32,132 nucleotides of DNA from Trichomonas gallinae (taxonomy: Eukaryota), in NCBI GenBank assembly GCA_008369845.1, contig MRSU01007562.1:1-32132 (forward strand). Reading direction: 5' to 3'. The notes beneath the pieces are model-generated. The model saw only the letters and a program-made list of their open reading frames with translations, was not told the origin of the DNA and did no database searches. The position numbers and the translations under genes were made by a program. Numbering within the stretch: the stretch's first letter is position 1; the number at the start of each line of letters is the position of its first letter. Below, piece by piece: positions 10,931-20,348 of this stretch.

Positions 10931-12037
10931 TTATTCGCTAATATAATTTTCAATATCTATTCCTAAAGTCTTTGCGACATAACGAATTTCAAATTCGGGT
11001 GCCAAGCAGCGGGCTTTAGGACTGTATCTAATATCTCCACGAATCTCTATTAAACCTAAATCAAGCAAATTTTGCAATTGAATGAAAACAGCGTAATCAC
11101 ATTCGAAAGAATCGCAGTGATGGAAGATCAGTGCTTTCGATATGGCTAAAATTCTTTCTAATGGAACAAATTCGTGTTTTTCAGTATAAATGGCTCCTTT
11201 TCTTTGTCTTTTAGCTGATCTAGTAAGTCTGGCAAGATCAGATTGGATTGTTGTTCTGCATGCAATGTATGATGCAAGAAGAAGTGTTTTAGTTAACTTA
11301 GGAAGATTTGAAACTCGACATTCTTTTTGAGCTCTCATTTGGCTGAGTTCATTAATAACAAGTTTAGCAAATCGTGGATCTTCGGGTTCCATATCAGTAC
11401 GAAATACTTTAAATGCAATATAAATAATATCTCTTATGTCTCTGGAGATTGTTTGGCATAAAAAGATGATCCTTTCCAAGTAAGTACTAAACTGTGGATC
11501 TTTGGCCTTTGGATGTAAAACAGGGATAATAGCCATAATATCATCTGATGTGTAAGGTGGGAATTCGATATCATATATATCGAGAGGGTAGCTTGTAAAT
11601 CGCTTTATTGGTGATCTAGATGCAAAAACGAATGTAATTTGAGGCAAAAGATTGCTTGAAACGGCCGCGCTGACAGAAGTGAACAACTCACGTGCATTTT
11701 CGCCTAATAATTCGACAGAGTCAATAAATATGACTGATTTTGGAGCACCTTGCATATGGTCGAAGAAAGATCGAAATGATTTTGGTCTCTTAGGAAGATT
11801 CGTAAAATTATCTGTTATTTTTGCAAATATTTCGCCGAACTCTGACTCACCATCACAGTAAACATGGACCTTTTTCATATCCAAGTCTTCATAATTGCAT
11901 AATGCATCAATTGTAATCGATTTTCCTGATGATATCGGTCCAGATATTGTTATAAGCTTGACTCCGCACATAATGGCATCCTTGATTTGTTCAAATTGCT
12001 TCTCCCTTCTCACCGGAATCGATGGAAGCTTCTGCAT
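10931..12037 (-). CDS. ORC5: Origin recognition complex subunit 5-like protein (ORC/Cdc6-family AAA+ ATPase)
   Basis: 368 aa. N-terminal REKQ motif, Walker A GPISSGKS, Walker B VIFIDSVE and IEFPPYT, followed by ORC5-type C-terminal segments LLLASYIACR..SDLARL, FVPLERILAI and IQLQNLLDLGLI. Confidence 0.75.
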   Translation of the reverse strand: MQKLPSIPVRREKQFEQIKDAIMCGVKLITISGPISSGKSITIDALCNYEDLDMKKVHVYCDGESEFGEIFAKITDNFTNLPKRPKSFRSFFDHMQGAPKSVIFIDSVELLGENARELFTSVSAAVSSNLLPQITFVFASRSPIKRFTSYPLDIYDIEFPPYTSDDIMAIIPVLHPKAKDPQFSTYLERIIFLCQTISRDIRDIIYIAFKVFRTDMEPEDPRFAKLVINELSQMRAQKECRVSNLPKLTKTLLLASYIACRTTIQSDLARLTRSAKRQRKGAIYTEKHEFVPLERILAISKALIFHHCDSFECDYAVFIQLQNLLDLGLIEIRGDIRYSPKARCLAPEFEIRYVAKTLGIDIENYISE

Positions 12038-12046
12038 GTTTGAAAA

Positions 12047-12051
12047 AATGA
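12047..12051 (-). promoter_or_regulatory. Initiator (Inr) element TCATT upstream of the ORC5-like gene
   Basis: Minus strand reads TCATTTTTTCAAAC-ATG, matching the trichomonad Inr consensus TCA(T/C)(T/A) about 10 nt before the ATG. Confidence 0.65.
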
Positions 12052-12424
12052 CTTAAAGTCACACTTCACAAAATTCTATCTATAAATATCGCTTCTTTTA
12101 GAGATTTTGAACCTATATTGAAACAATCAAATACTTGACTCATATAATTTAATTTTTCAAATTTTAAATATCAATTTCATCATAAAATCAAAGAATATTA
12201 TTCATATTTATCTTATATATAAACAAAATATTGTAATTTCATCTTCATAGTATCAAAAAATATTGAATTCAATTTAATATCTCAACAAAATAATGGATTT
12301 TATTAATATATTTTTAGTGGAATATGGATTAAAATTGATGTAGGATGTGAATATTGGTCTAAATATCAAAATTAAATACAACATTATTTTAGATAAAAAA
12401 TGTGTTAAAGAACATGATAATAAA

Positions 12425-13753
12425 TTACTGCTTCCTCTGAGTTCGTGCTGAATTTGGAACCTGCAAAGGTGGAAGAGAAAGTGTGCCGTAGTTCTTTGGC
12501 GCGAGAGATCTCGTCATTGCTTGCGATGAAGCATTTCCTCCTCTTGCAGTTCTGTGTGCGGAGACAATTGAAGCGTCATTCCTATGATTGACCCAGCAGT
12601 GCTCTGGATCCTGGCCTTGTTTCTCTTCGTTGTCGAGGTATTTGAATCTGTTCTCGAGAATTATCTTCTTCTTCTCGAAGAAGCTTCTCATCTCTGACCT
12701 TTTGCCTTCTAAAGCGCGCTTGAGCGTCTCCATCTCCTGGAACTGCCTATCTTCGAGCTTCCTGCGGCCGGCGATGAAGTCGTTGAGCATTAATTGGCTG
12801 TTTGCTTGTGTTTCGATCTTTTCTTGTTGTTCAGCGAGTTTGACGACTTGGTCAGCTTCATCGAGACGCATAGCCCGAATGAGCAAGTCAGCTTGATGCT
12901 TCATTGCGCGTAATTTCGATGAAAGACGATTGTATTGACGATATTTGGCCTCATTCTTCCATTCTTCATCGTAAGCATCTAATTCTTTCTGCTGTTTATC
13001 TACTAATGCCTGTATTGACTCGTTGCACTTCAATGAAAACTCTTTTTCTGCAGTATCAATTTCCTTAGTTAATAAATCATAGTCTTCTTTTGCAGCTTTG
13101 CGTTTTGCTTGGATGTCTTCGAGGTAACGGTCCTTAGCTTCGAGCTTTTGGGCAGTTAAAACAGCAGATTTTGTATTATCGATTGATTTTTGAATGCTCA
13201 AGCTTTCACGGAGTCTTCCTGAAGCCATGAGATCATTACGCTCATTTTCAAGCTCAACAACAGCTGCTGCAATTACATGTGGATCTTTTGTAGAAATAGC
13301 TCTTCCTGCCTTGGCTTCATCGCAAACTTTTTGTACTTCAGCATCATCTACTTGTCTTGCAACGTTCTTTGGAGACCTTCTAGCAGTATTTCTCGGGCTG
13401 CCTGGAGGTGGCTGAATTGGCGGCGGTCTGGTATTGTTTTCATCTGAGTTTTGTGTTTGATTCGTTGTATCATTATATTGTTGATTGTTCTTTTCTTGCT
13501 CTTCTGTGTTATTTTCATTTTGATTTATTTTATCGGCTTGATTTTCGTTTTGTTCAAAATCTTGTTCGAATGAATCGTCCTTGTTTTCATTTTGGACATC
13601 TTCCGTTTCTAAAATTTGGCCGTCTTTATCTGGATCTAATGCTTCTGCTATGCCGCCCTTAAAGTCGATATTTTCGCCCTCATTCGTCGGCTCCTGTGCA
13701 ACAGACTCTGTCGTGAACAAATTATTCATAGCATTCGTAACTGCGCTCTGCAT
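12425..13753 (-). CDS. Hypothetical coiled-coil protein with acidic, N/Q-rich disordered N-terminus
   Basis: 442-aa ATG..TAA ORF. Low-complexity N-terminal ~130 aa, then a long E/K/Q/R-rich heptad region. Confidence 0.85.
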   Translation of the reverse strand: MQSAVTNAMNNLFTTESVAQEPTNEGENIDFKGGIAEALDPDKDGQILETEDVQNENKDDSFEQDFEQNENQADKINQNENNTEEQEKNNQQYNDTTNQTQNSDENNTRPPPIQPPPGSPRNTARRSPKNVARQVDDAEVQKVCDEAKAGRAISTKDPHVIAAAVVELENERNDLMASGRLRESLSIQKSIDNTKSAVLTAQKLEAKDRYLEDIQAKRKAAKEDYDLLTKEIDTAEKEFSLKCNESIQALVDKQQKELDAYDEEWKNEAKYRQYNRLSSKLRAMKHQADLLIRAMRLDEADQVVKLAEQQEKIETQANSQLMLNDFIAGRRKLEDRQFQEMETLKRALEGKRSEMRSFFEKKKIILENRFKYLDNEEKQGQDPEHCWVNHRNDASIVSAHRTARGGNASSQAMTRSLAPKNYGTLSLPPLQVPNSARTQRKQ

Positions 13754-14276
13754 AAAAAAAACAAAAAGAAAAAAATATTCATTTCTTTACTAACGCATTT
13801 TTGTCAATACTCCAGAGCGGATCAAAAACCACTTTTCTAGCTGTACATCCACTAGATATACTTATTTTACCGATAAAACTCTAGAATTCTTAAAATAACA
13901 AATTTCTATAAATCTCAAAATCAAAATATTTTTGCATTTTTAATCAAAATGAAATATAATTAGGCTATTTTTGTAATATTTAAGCTCCAAAAATTTAAAA
14001 CCTATTTTATATGATCTAAATATTCTTATATTTGTATGTATCATCTAATTTTCTAGTTAAAATAGTTTTTTGAAAATATATTAAATTTATTTCGAATTTA
14101 TCAACGAGATATAATAGTTTTTAACTCATAAATAGATGAAATGTTGCTAAATTCAGTGGTGTTCCCTTTGAATCTCATTAGAATAAAATGAAATTTCGTT
14201 GTTAAATTTGAAGATGGAAAAAAAGCATAATATTCAAAAGTACTATGTGATTATTATAATAACATTTAATTTCTAT

Positions 14277-15437
14277 TTACTCCGCAGCATCGTCAGCATT
14301 ATTATTCTCTATTTTTGGAATTGATACGTGAAGAACCTCGTACATATCGCTTCTCATATGAAGAGCAGCAAGTGCGAGGCCAATGCTCAAGCGGAAAGTT
14401 GGTGTGGGATTATGCATTTTAGATCCGAGAGTAGATACTAATGTTCTTGAAGGCTCATGATATACCAAGGTAGCAGAATGCTCTCTTGGTAGCATGAACA
14501 GGCCAACCTTATTAACGGCGCCGTCCTCTGGACCTAAACTTTCCATATCTGGTCTGACATGGAATGCAAACCACCAATTTCTCTTGAGATCTAATGCGTA
14601 GATGTGCATAAATTGTGAATCAGCCTCTCCGCCGACGACGAAAAGGTAATCGCTTACACCGCATATAGCAGAGTGTTGCATTTCGTGTGAAGGCTCTGTT
14701 CCAGTGCAGTGTAATGACTCAAATGACTTTGTAGATGGATTGAACTTGATCAATCCGTGGCCCTTCGAAGAGCCGAAGATATAATAATTTCCTTTGTGGA
14801 CACAATAAGCCGGGGCCGCTCTTCCCGTATGCAAAATCTCATGCCTGTGCCATCCATCAGATTTAGCGCGAAGAATATGGACTGCTTCGTGGAGCTGCCC
14901 GTTTGTAGAGCCGCCCCAAAGGAATAATGCGTCAGGACTAGCAAAGAGAACAGCTGAAGCTCTGGGACTTGGCTGAGTACCAGGAATTTCAACAATGCGC
15001 ACTTCTCCTGTATCAAGATCTATGCTATGAAGGTCGTTGAAATACTTTGACTCGCATTCACCTCCGAAAATGTAAAATAAGCGTCCAATTATTGTTCCGG
15101 AAGCGTAAGATCTCGGCGATAATAGATTAGCTTTAATTGAAGTCCATTTATTCGTTGGAATGTGAAGAGACCAGATATCATTAAGATAACGTAAAGATGC
15201 GCCTCTTCCATACGCAATAATAATATTGTCTTTGTCCTTATCGTACGCATATGCGTGTCCTATACGTGGCTCTGGTGCAATCGAATCAGGATAGTGCATT
15301 GACCAAACTCCGTGATATGCTGTCTTGAATAGAGGAATCTTCTTAGTTGTTTTTTGCTTGAGCTTCGATGGCTGAACTTCTAGGCCGTCCCACAATGGAA
15401 CATAGTCCAACCGTGTGACACTTTGCTCAGTTCCCAT
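14277..15437 (-). CDS. Kelch-repeat (beta-propeller) protein, predicted N-myristoylated
   Basis: 386 aa with repeated kelch units (PEPRIGHA, SPRSYAS..YIFGG, PSPRASA..LWGG, YIFG, FVVGG). The N-terminus MGTEQS fits the MGxxxS myristoylation consensus. Confidence 0.9.
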   Translation of the reverse strand: MGTEQSVTRLDYVPLWDGLEVQPSKLKQKTTKKIPLFKTAYHGVWSMHYPDSIAPEPRIGHAYAYDKDKDNIIIAYGRGASLRYLNDIWSLHIPTNKWTSIKANLLSPRSYASGTIIGRLFYIFGGECESKYFNDLHSIDLDTGEVRIVEIPGTQPSPRASAVLFASPDALFLWGGSTNGQLHEAVHILRAKSDGWHRHEILHTGRAAPAYCVHKGNYYIFGSSKGHGLIKFNPSTKSFESLHCTGTEPSHEMQHSAICGVSDYLFVVGGEADSQFMHIYALDLKRNWWFAFHVRPDMESLGPEDGAVNKVGLFMLPREHSATLVYHEPSRTLVSTLGSKMHNPTPTFRLSIGLALAALHMRSDMYEVLHVSIPKIENNNADDAAE

Positions 15438-15452
15438 TTTTTAGCAATAAAA

Positions 15453-15470
15453 AGTGAAATTAAAAAGTGA
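15453..15470 (-). promoter_or_regulatory. Tandem initiator elements (TCACT x2) upstream of the kelch gene
   Basis: Minus strand reads TCACTTTTTAATTTCACTTTTTATTGCTAAAAA-ATG; AGTGA on + at 15453-15457 and 15466-15470. Confidence 0.65.
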
Positions 15471-15685
15471 GATTTGAACACACATCTCAAAATCATTACT
15501 TTTAGTTTGAAGAAATCATTACAAGAAAAGTCTTTTCACTTGATTTTGCATGATTTATTAATCTTGAAAAGTGACAAATTCAATGATTGGTTAAAAATTT
15601 TGCATTTTCGGTTTGCGTTTTGCATAGTGAAGATAATTCTGCGTATGCTTATCGATTACCTCTCAATTGAAATCAATAAAAAACT

Positions 15686-15980
15686 GTTTTGACAAAAAAC
15701 ATTCTGTCGATAAAAAATCTTGTTTGATAAAAAATTTTGTCAATACAAAATTTTACGTGTCAAATATCGTTTTTATTTGTCAAAAATATTTTATTTGTCA
15801 AGAAAGATGTCAAAAAAAATAGATTTGTCTAAAAATTTTTTTTGTCAAGTAGTATGTCAATAAAGTTTTTATTTGTTAAAAATTTTTATTGATACAAAAA
15901 ACTTGTCAATAAAATATTTTATTTGTCAAAAAAATATATTGTTACAAGAGTAATGTCAATAATGGATTATATTTGTCAAG
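15686..15980 (+). repeat. Degenerate tandem array with TGTCAA core, period about 12-20 bp
   Basis: Exact TGTCAA at 15738, 15758, 15778, 15796, 15808, 15843, 15855, 15904, 15924, 15954 and 15974; variants at 15705, 15826 and 15874; one inverted copy (TTGACA) at 15689. Confidence 0.85.
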
Positions 15981-16396
15981 ACTTATGAGTGTTGAAATAG
16001 CTAAAAAAATTCATCAAGCACTAATGAAATCATTCATTCAATATATTCAATGTCATTTGGATTAAATAAGATATGACTAACGCTAAGATACCCCAATTAT
16101 TTTGGAATTTCTCTTCCATTAACACAAAAAGGTAATATTATAGTTGACTTATGTTGTCAACTGCTTAATATATAAAATTGAATAATTTTTTCTTACGAAT
16201 ATCACTAAATTTTTCTAATTATTTATGCAGTTTAGAGCTAGCATTTATTAACATGACAAAATATTTTGTCTAAATTCGAAATTTAATTTTTTCAGCAATT
16301 AAAATCTTCACCTTTTGTGATATTTATATGGTAAAAAGTGAAATATATTGATTAAATATTTAAAATATGGAAGATTATTGTTGTACGTTAAGATAA

Positions 16397-17368
16397 ATGG
16401 ATTTTTCTCGGAATTTGTTGACTTCTTCAGAATCAGGCTGCTTAGATTCGCTTTCTACAGAGTGTTCGCTTATAATGCATAACATGTATGATCTCCAATC
16501 AGCGATAATTAAACAAGCAACTGATATAGAAAATTTTATTAAGCGCCACGATAACTCTTCGGGAAAATCTAAATCATTTCTATTGCTACAAACACTTTTT
16601 GAAACATTTAAAACAGAAGTTTCGCTAAATATCAAACTACGTCAAGAATTAATCGAAGAAAGATCGAGAAGCCAAGAAATTATAAGTAAAATCGAACAAT
16701 TGGATAAAAATCAACGTAAATTCTTCAAATCTTTATCTAAAAACTGCAATTGCTCGCTTAAATCTTTTGATCAAATTTCAAATTACATTTTTTCGCTTCA
16801 AAATGACCAAAGATTAGCGAAAGATTATAGCCAAACTATCAAAGTTATTACTTCACAGAACCAGGATAAAGAAGCACAGCTTTCTCTTGAAATTGCACAT
16901 CTAAATTCTCGTGTAGAGACTTTAGAGAATGAAAAGCAACAGATACTAAATAAACTTCAATACACCAATACATATGTCCAGTCAAAAGACCAAAATATTC
17001 AACAGCTGCAAAAATCGTTATCAGATCTCGAAAATAAATACAAGGAATCAGAAGAAAAACGACTGAAAAGTGAATCACTTCTGCGAAAGGCAGAAAGTGT
17101 TCTCAAAGTTGCTACTAAGAAAGCAAAGCAATTCCAGAGTGAAAGAGATAAAATGCTTAATTACGTGCAAACACTTGAAATTCTTGAAAAGAAATATGCA
17201 GGCTTGGCAAAAATCACTGGAAACAACCAAGCTGTTCAAGTAGAAACCATAAAAAAAGAAAAGAAGTCCGAAGATGAAGAACTATTCGATGCTGATGGAC
17301 TTTTAGACTGTTTGAACTCTCTAAGAGGTGACATTGATTGTTTGAAGAATGAAGTTGACCAAATTTAA
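16397..17368 (+). CDS. Hypothetical coiled-coil protein
   Basis: 323-aa ATG..TAA ORF with a K/E/Q/L heptad pattern across most of its length. Confidence 0.8.
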   Translation: MDFSRNLLTSSESGCLDSLSTECSLIMHNMYDLQSAIIKQATDIENFIKRHDNSSGKSKSFLLLQTLFETFKTEVSLNIKLRQELIEERSRSQEIISKIEQLDKNQRKFFKSLSKNCNCSLKSFDQISNYIFSLQNDQRLAKDYSQTIKVITSQNQDKEAQLSLEIAHLNSRVETLENEKQQILNKLQYTNTYVQSKDQNIQQLQKSLSDLENKYKESEEKRLKSESLLRKAESVLKVATKKAKQFQSERDKMLNYVQTLEILEKKYAGLAKITGNNQAVQVETIKKEKKSEDEELFDADGLLDCLNSLRGDIDCLKNEVDQI

Positions 17369-17587
17369 TTATATAGATTAATTGTTTGTATTTGTTTGAT
17401 ATTTTATAAAAATTATACTATTGTAATAACTATACACATAGTAAAAAGCATTAAATCAGAAATAGATGATATATTTAAGACAATAAACCGTTTGAATCGT
17501 ATTAATTCTTTATTGATAGTAATTACATTTTGCTAATATAAATAGTTCGTCGAATAAATTTAAAGTTGCTGAGTATTAAAAAAAAAA

Positions 17588-18196
17588 TTAGCAGCTACAT
17601 CCTTTCTGTGTTGGTATTGGATCTGCAATATCAACATCGCCTGATGTAATTGGATCTTTTGGAGCTGGTTGGATCATTAACTGACGACCTAATTCGTTGA
17701 ATAATTCGTTAACACCTTCACCTGTCAAAGCTGATGTTTCAATGATAAAATTGAGCTGATGATTTTCAGCAAACTCTTTAATTTTATCTCCTTTTATCTT
17801 CCTATCAAAAGCTAAATCGATTTTATTAGCAGCGCCGAAAATAAGAGAATTTGGCATTCCACGTTCACGAAATTCAGCAATCCAATCACTTGCTTCTGTA
17901 AAAGATTGTTCACTCGTAATATCAAATACAACAATCGCTGCTTTTGCATCGCGGAAATACATTGGAACTAAGGATCTGTATTTTTCTGATCCACCTGTAT
18001 CCCAAATATCTATTTTAATTTCGGATTCGTCGATTTTGAGAACCTTTGAATTGAATGCAGCGCCGATTGTAGCTTCTTGGTTAGGAACAAAGTTGTTGTT
18101 GATGAACCTATTCTCGAGTGAGCTCTTTCCCGAAGAAGGGGCACCTATCAAAACAACTTTTTCGGATCTGATCTTTGATTGACTTGCAGATCTCAT
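17588..18196 (-). CDS. Rab-family small GTPase (Rab5/Rab24-related), atypical switch II
   Basis: G1 GAPSSGKS, effector region ATIGAAF, G3 WDTGGSE, G4 NKID, G5 ETSA and C-terminal CSC prenylation motif. The first ATG is at 18196 (the ORF track starts at a GTG at 18208), giving 202 aa. Confidence 0.93.
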   Translation of the reverse strand: MRSASQSKIRSEKVVLIGAPSSGKSSLENRFINNNFVPNQEATIGAAFNSKVLKIDESEIKIDIWDTGGSEKYRSLVPMYFRDAKAAIVVFDITSEQSFTEASDWIAEFRERGMPNSLIFGAANKIDLAFDRKIKGDKIKEFAENHQLNFIIETSALTGEGVNELFNELGRQLMIQPAPKDPITSGDVDIADPIPTQKGCSC

Positions 18197-18723
18197 TTTA
18201 GATTTCACCCCTGTGATTTTGTTTCAGACCCTCAATAAAATGATCGCGGTTTAAATATGGATAACTTTCAAAAATAAGCTTGATTTACCTCTAAATTGTC
18301 TTAATTCACGTGAATTAATAAAAAAGCCCGTAATGATTCTTCCTTAAAAATTTCAAGATTTTATAAAAATTACTAAAAAGCTCTATGAATTGTCAATAAT
18401 TTTGAATTTTATTACATACCCATAAATTTAAATTATGTGATTAATCGATATATTATCATTAATTAGTGCTATTTATAACAAATTTGAAAATTTCACAATA
18501 TTTTTTCCAAAATACATGAACCAAGTTAGAAACAATACATAGATCATAAAAAATCAATTGTTAGGGTTGATTTTATGCAAGAATTCTATGGAACTGAAAA
18601 AAATTCCGACAATCGTTTTCTGCACCATCATCATATCCATTTATCAGCCAAAAATCGATTTTTAAGATTTTTTAGTTCCGATAGAAAATTGCAGGGTCTG
18701 ACACTTTACGTAGTATTTTTTAA

Positions 18724-19953
18724 ATGAAGGGGGTTCTCTTGCATTGTCCAGATAACTCTGGGGAGTGGGTGAAACGCTATTATTGGCTCGATGGCAACAT
18801 CCTCAATGTCTCCTCTACAGAAAACATGAAAGATATCAGTCAGAAAATCGAAATTACAGAAAAGACAAATATTATTTTAATCGACAGAGAACAAGAACCA
18901 CAATTTATAATAGAAAACGAATTAATCGGTAGATATAAGCTCAAAGCATCTCCATGTGAAGTCTATTCATGGGTTTTCACATTGAGATCGTGCTTATTCA
19001 AATCTGATAACAAAAAACTCGAACAGTTCCGAAAAATAACACATCTGGGGACAAACCCGTATGGAACATCGACGCTTTGCGAATTCAATAGTGATCCATA
19101 CGTAATTATTCAAATTAGCAAACAAAAATTACTCGAATTTAGCTCAGTTGAATCCTATTTCCCAGAGAGAAACCTCATATTTTCACTTCCTTCCAATCCA
19201 TTTTTCCTTTATTTACTCTCAACTTTTCAAGACGCAAATAATTATTATTTAGCGCTCGAATATCCTTCAAGTGAACTTCTTCCATTCTTAGCAGGCCTTC
19301 CAATGATTCCTGATGATACATTGAGGTTCTATGCTTCGGAAATTGTTGTCACATTAGAATTTCTTCATAATCATTTCATTGTTTATCGCGGATTAACATC
19401 ATCAAATGTATTCCTCGCTAAAGATGGGCACGTTAAAATCGGTGGATATGGAACAGACGCTGGAACTCGCAGAGAAAATGAATATCTTGCGCCAGAAGTC
19501 ATCCAAGGACAACCTTATAACGAAGCAGCAGACTGGTGGTCTCTTGGTATCATCTTATACGAGATTCTTTTTGAAGAAACGCCGTTTGCTGGTGACTCAG
19601 ATGAAGAAACTAAACAGAATATCATAGAAAAATCCTTAAAATTTGTTAGATTCCGAGGATCATCAATCTCGGATCTCATTTGTCAGCTCTTAGAAAAAGA
19701 TCCGAAGAAGAGAATAACAATTGATGGAATAAAGAAATCAAAATTCTTTGAAGGTGTCGACTGGGCTCTCGTTAGAGCAAGATTATCAAAGCCAGAAGCT
19801 TTCATTGAACCAGGAACAACAGATCTTACGAATTTTTACTCAACAGATTTCCATTTGGACTCAGAATTATTACCAACGAGCTCAGCTTATACAGGAATTG
19901 ACAATTTCTCACTCGGCCAAGAATATAATTCTTCAAGCAGCTCTGATGACTGA
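18724..19953 (+). CDS. PH domain + AGC-group (PKB/Akt-like architecture) protein kinase, predicted pseudokinase
   Basis: N-terminal PH signature (W.KRYY..L...EVYSWVFTL). Kinase subdomains FYASEIV..LEFLH, EYLAPE, DWWSLGI..YE, PF, LLEKDPKKR and AGC-tail FFEGVDW are present; catalytic motifs are degenerate. Confidence 0.9.
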   Translation: MKGVLLHCPDNSGEWVKRYYWLDGNILNVSSTENMKDISQKIEITEKTNIILIDREQEPQFIIENELIGRYKLKASPCEVYSWVFTLRSCLFKSDNKKLEQFRKITHLGTNPYGTSTLCEFNSDPYVIIQISKQKLLEFSSVESYFPERNLIFSLPSNPFFLYLLSTFQDANNYYLALEYPSSELLPFLAGLPMIPDDTLRFYASEIVVTLEFLHNHFIVYRGLTSSNVFLAKDGHVKIGGYGTDAGTRRENEYLAPEVIQGQPYNEAADWWSLGIILYEILFEETPFAGDSDEETKQNIIEKSLKFVRFRGSSISDLICQLLEKDPKKRITIDGIKKSKFFEGVDWALVRARLSKPEAFIEPGTTDLTNFYSTDFHLDSELLPTSSAYTGIDNFSLGQEYNSSSSSDD

Positions 19954-20348
19954 GGCATCAAACATCCATCACTATCGCTTTTGTAATTGTAAAAAATACT
20001 TTAAAATTCGATTAATTTTTACATATTCAAGATCCAAAATGAAAATCCGAAATACAAGATTTTAGATACATTTCACAGGTGATTAAGCTTAGGTAGCAGT
20101 ATCTAACCATGTACGTCTAAAGGAATTAGGTTGTTTTTGTTGAAATTTTCGATTGAAATTTCTTCAATCTTCAGTTAAACGAAGATATGTTAAATTTGGA
20201 TTGTAAATCAGTTAATTAACTGAATACACGACTTAGTTTTGCGTTTTTGTGACATTATTTCTGGAATATTGTTTTTCATCGAACTCTCGTCAAATAGAAC
20301 CGAAATACTGCAGAAAAATTCCCAGAAATTAAACGAAATTCAAACATT

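Noticed and set aside
13789..13800. ACTAAC branch-point-like sequence
   Set aside because: It is not followed by the ACACAG 3' splice site of trichomonad introns, is intergenic and lies on the strand opposite the neighbouring gene. No convincing intron was found in the window.
15686..15980. Repeat-spacer pattern superficially like a CRISPR array
   Set aside because: The core is only 6-8 bp, spacers are 6-14 bp A/T tracts, there are no cas genes and the context is eukaryotic.
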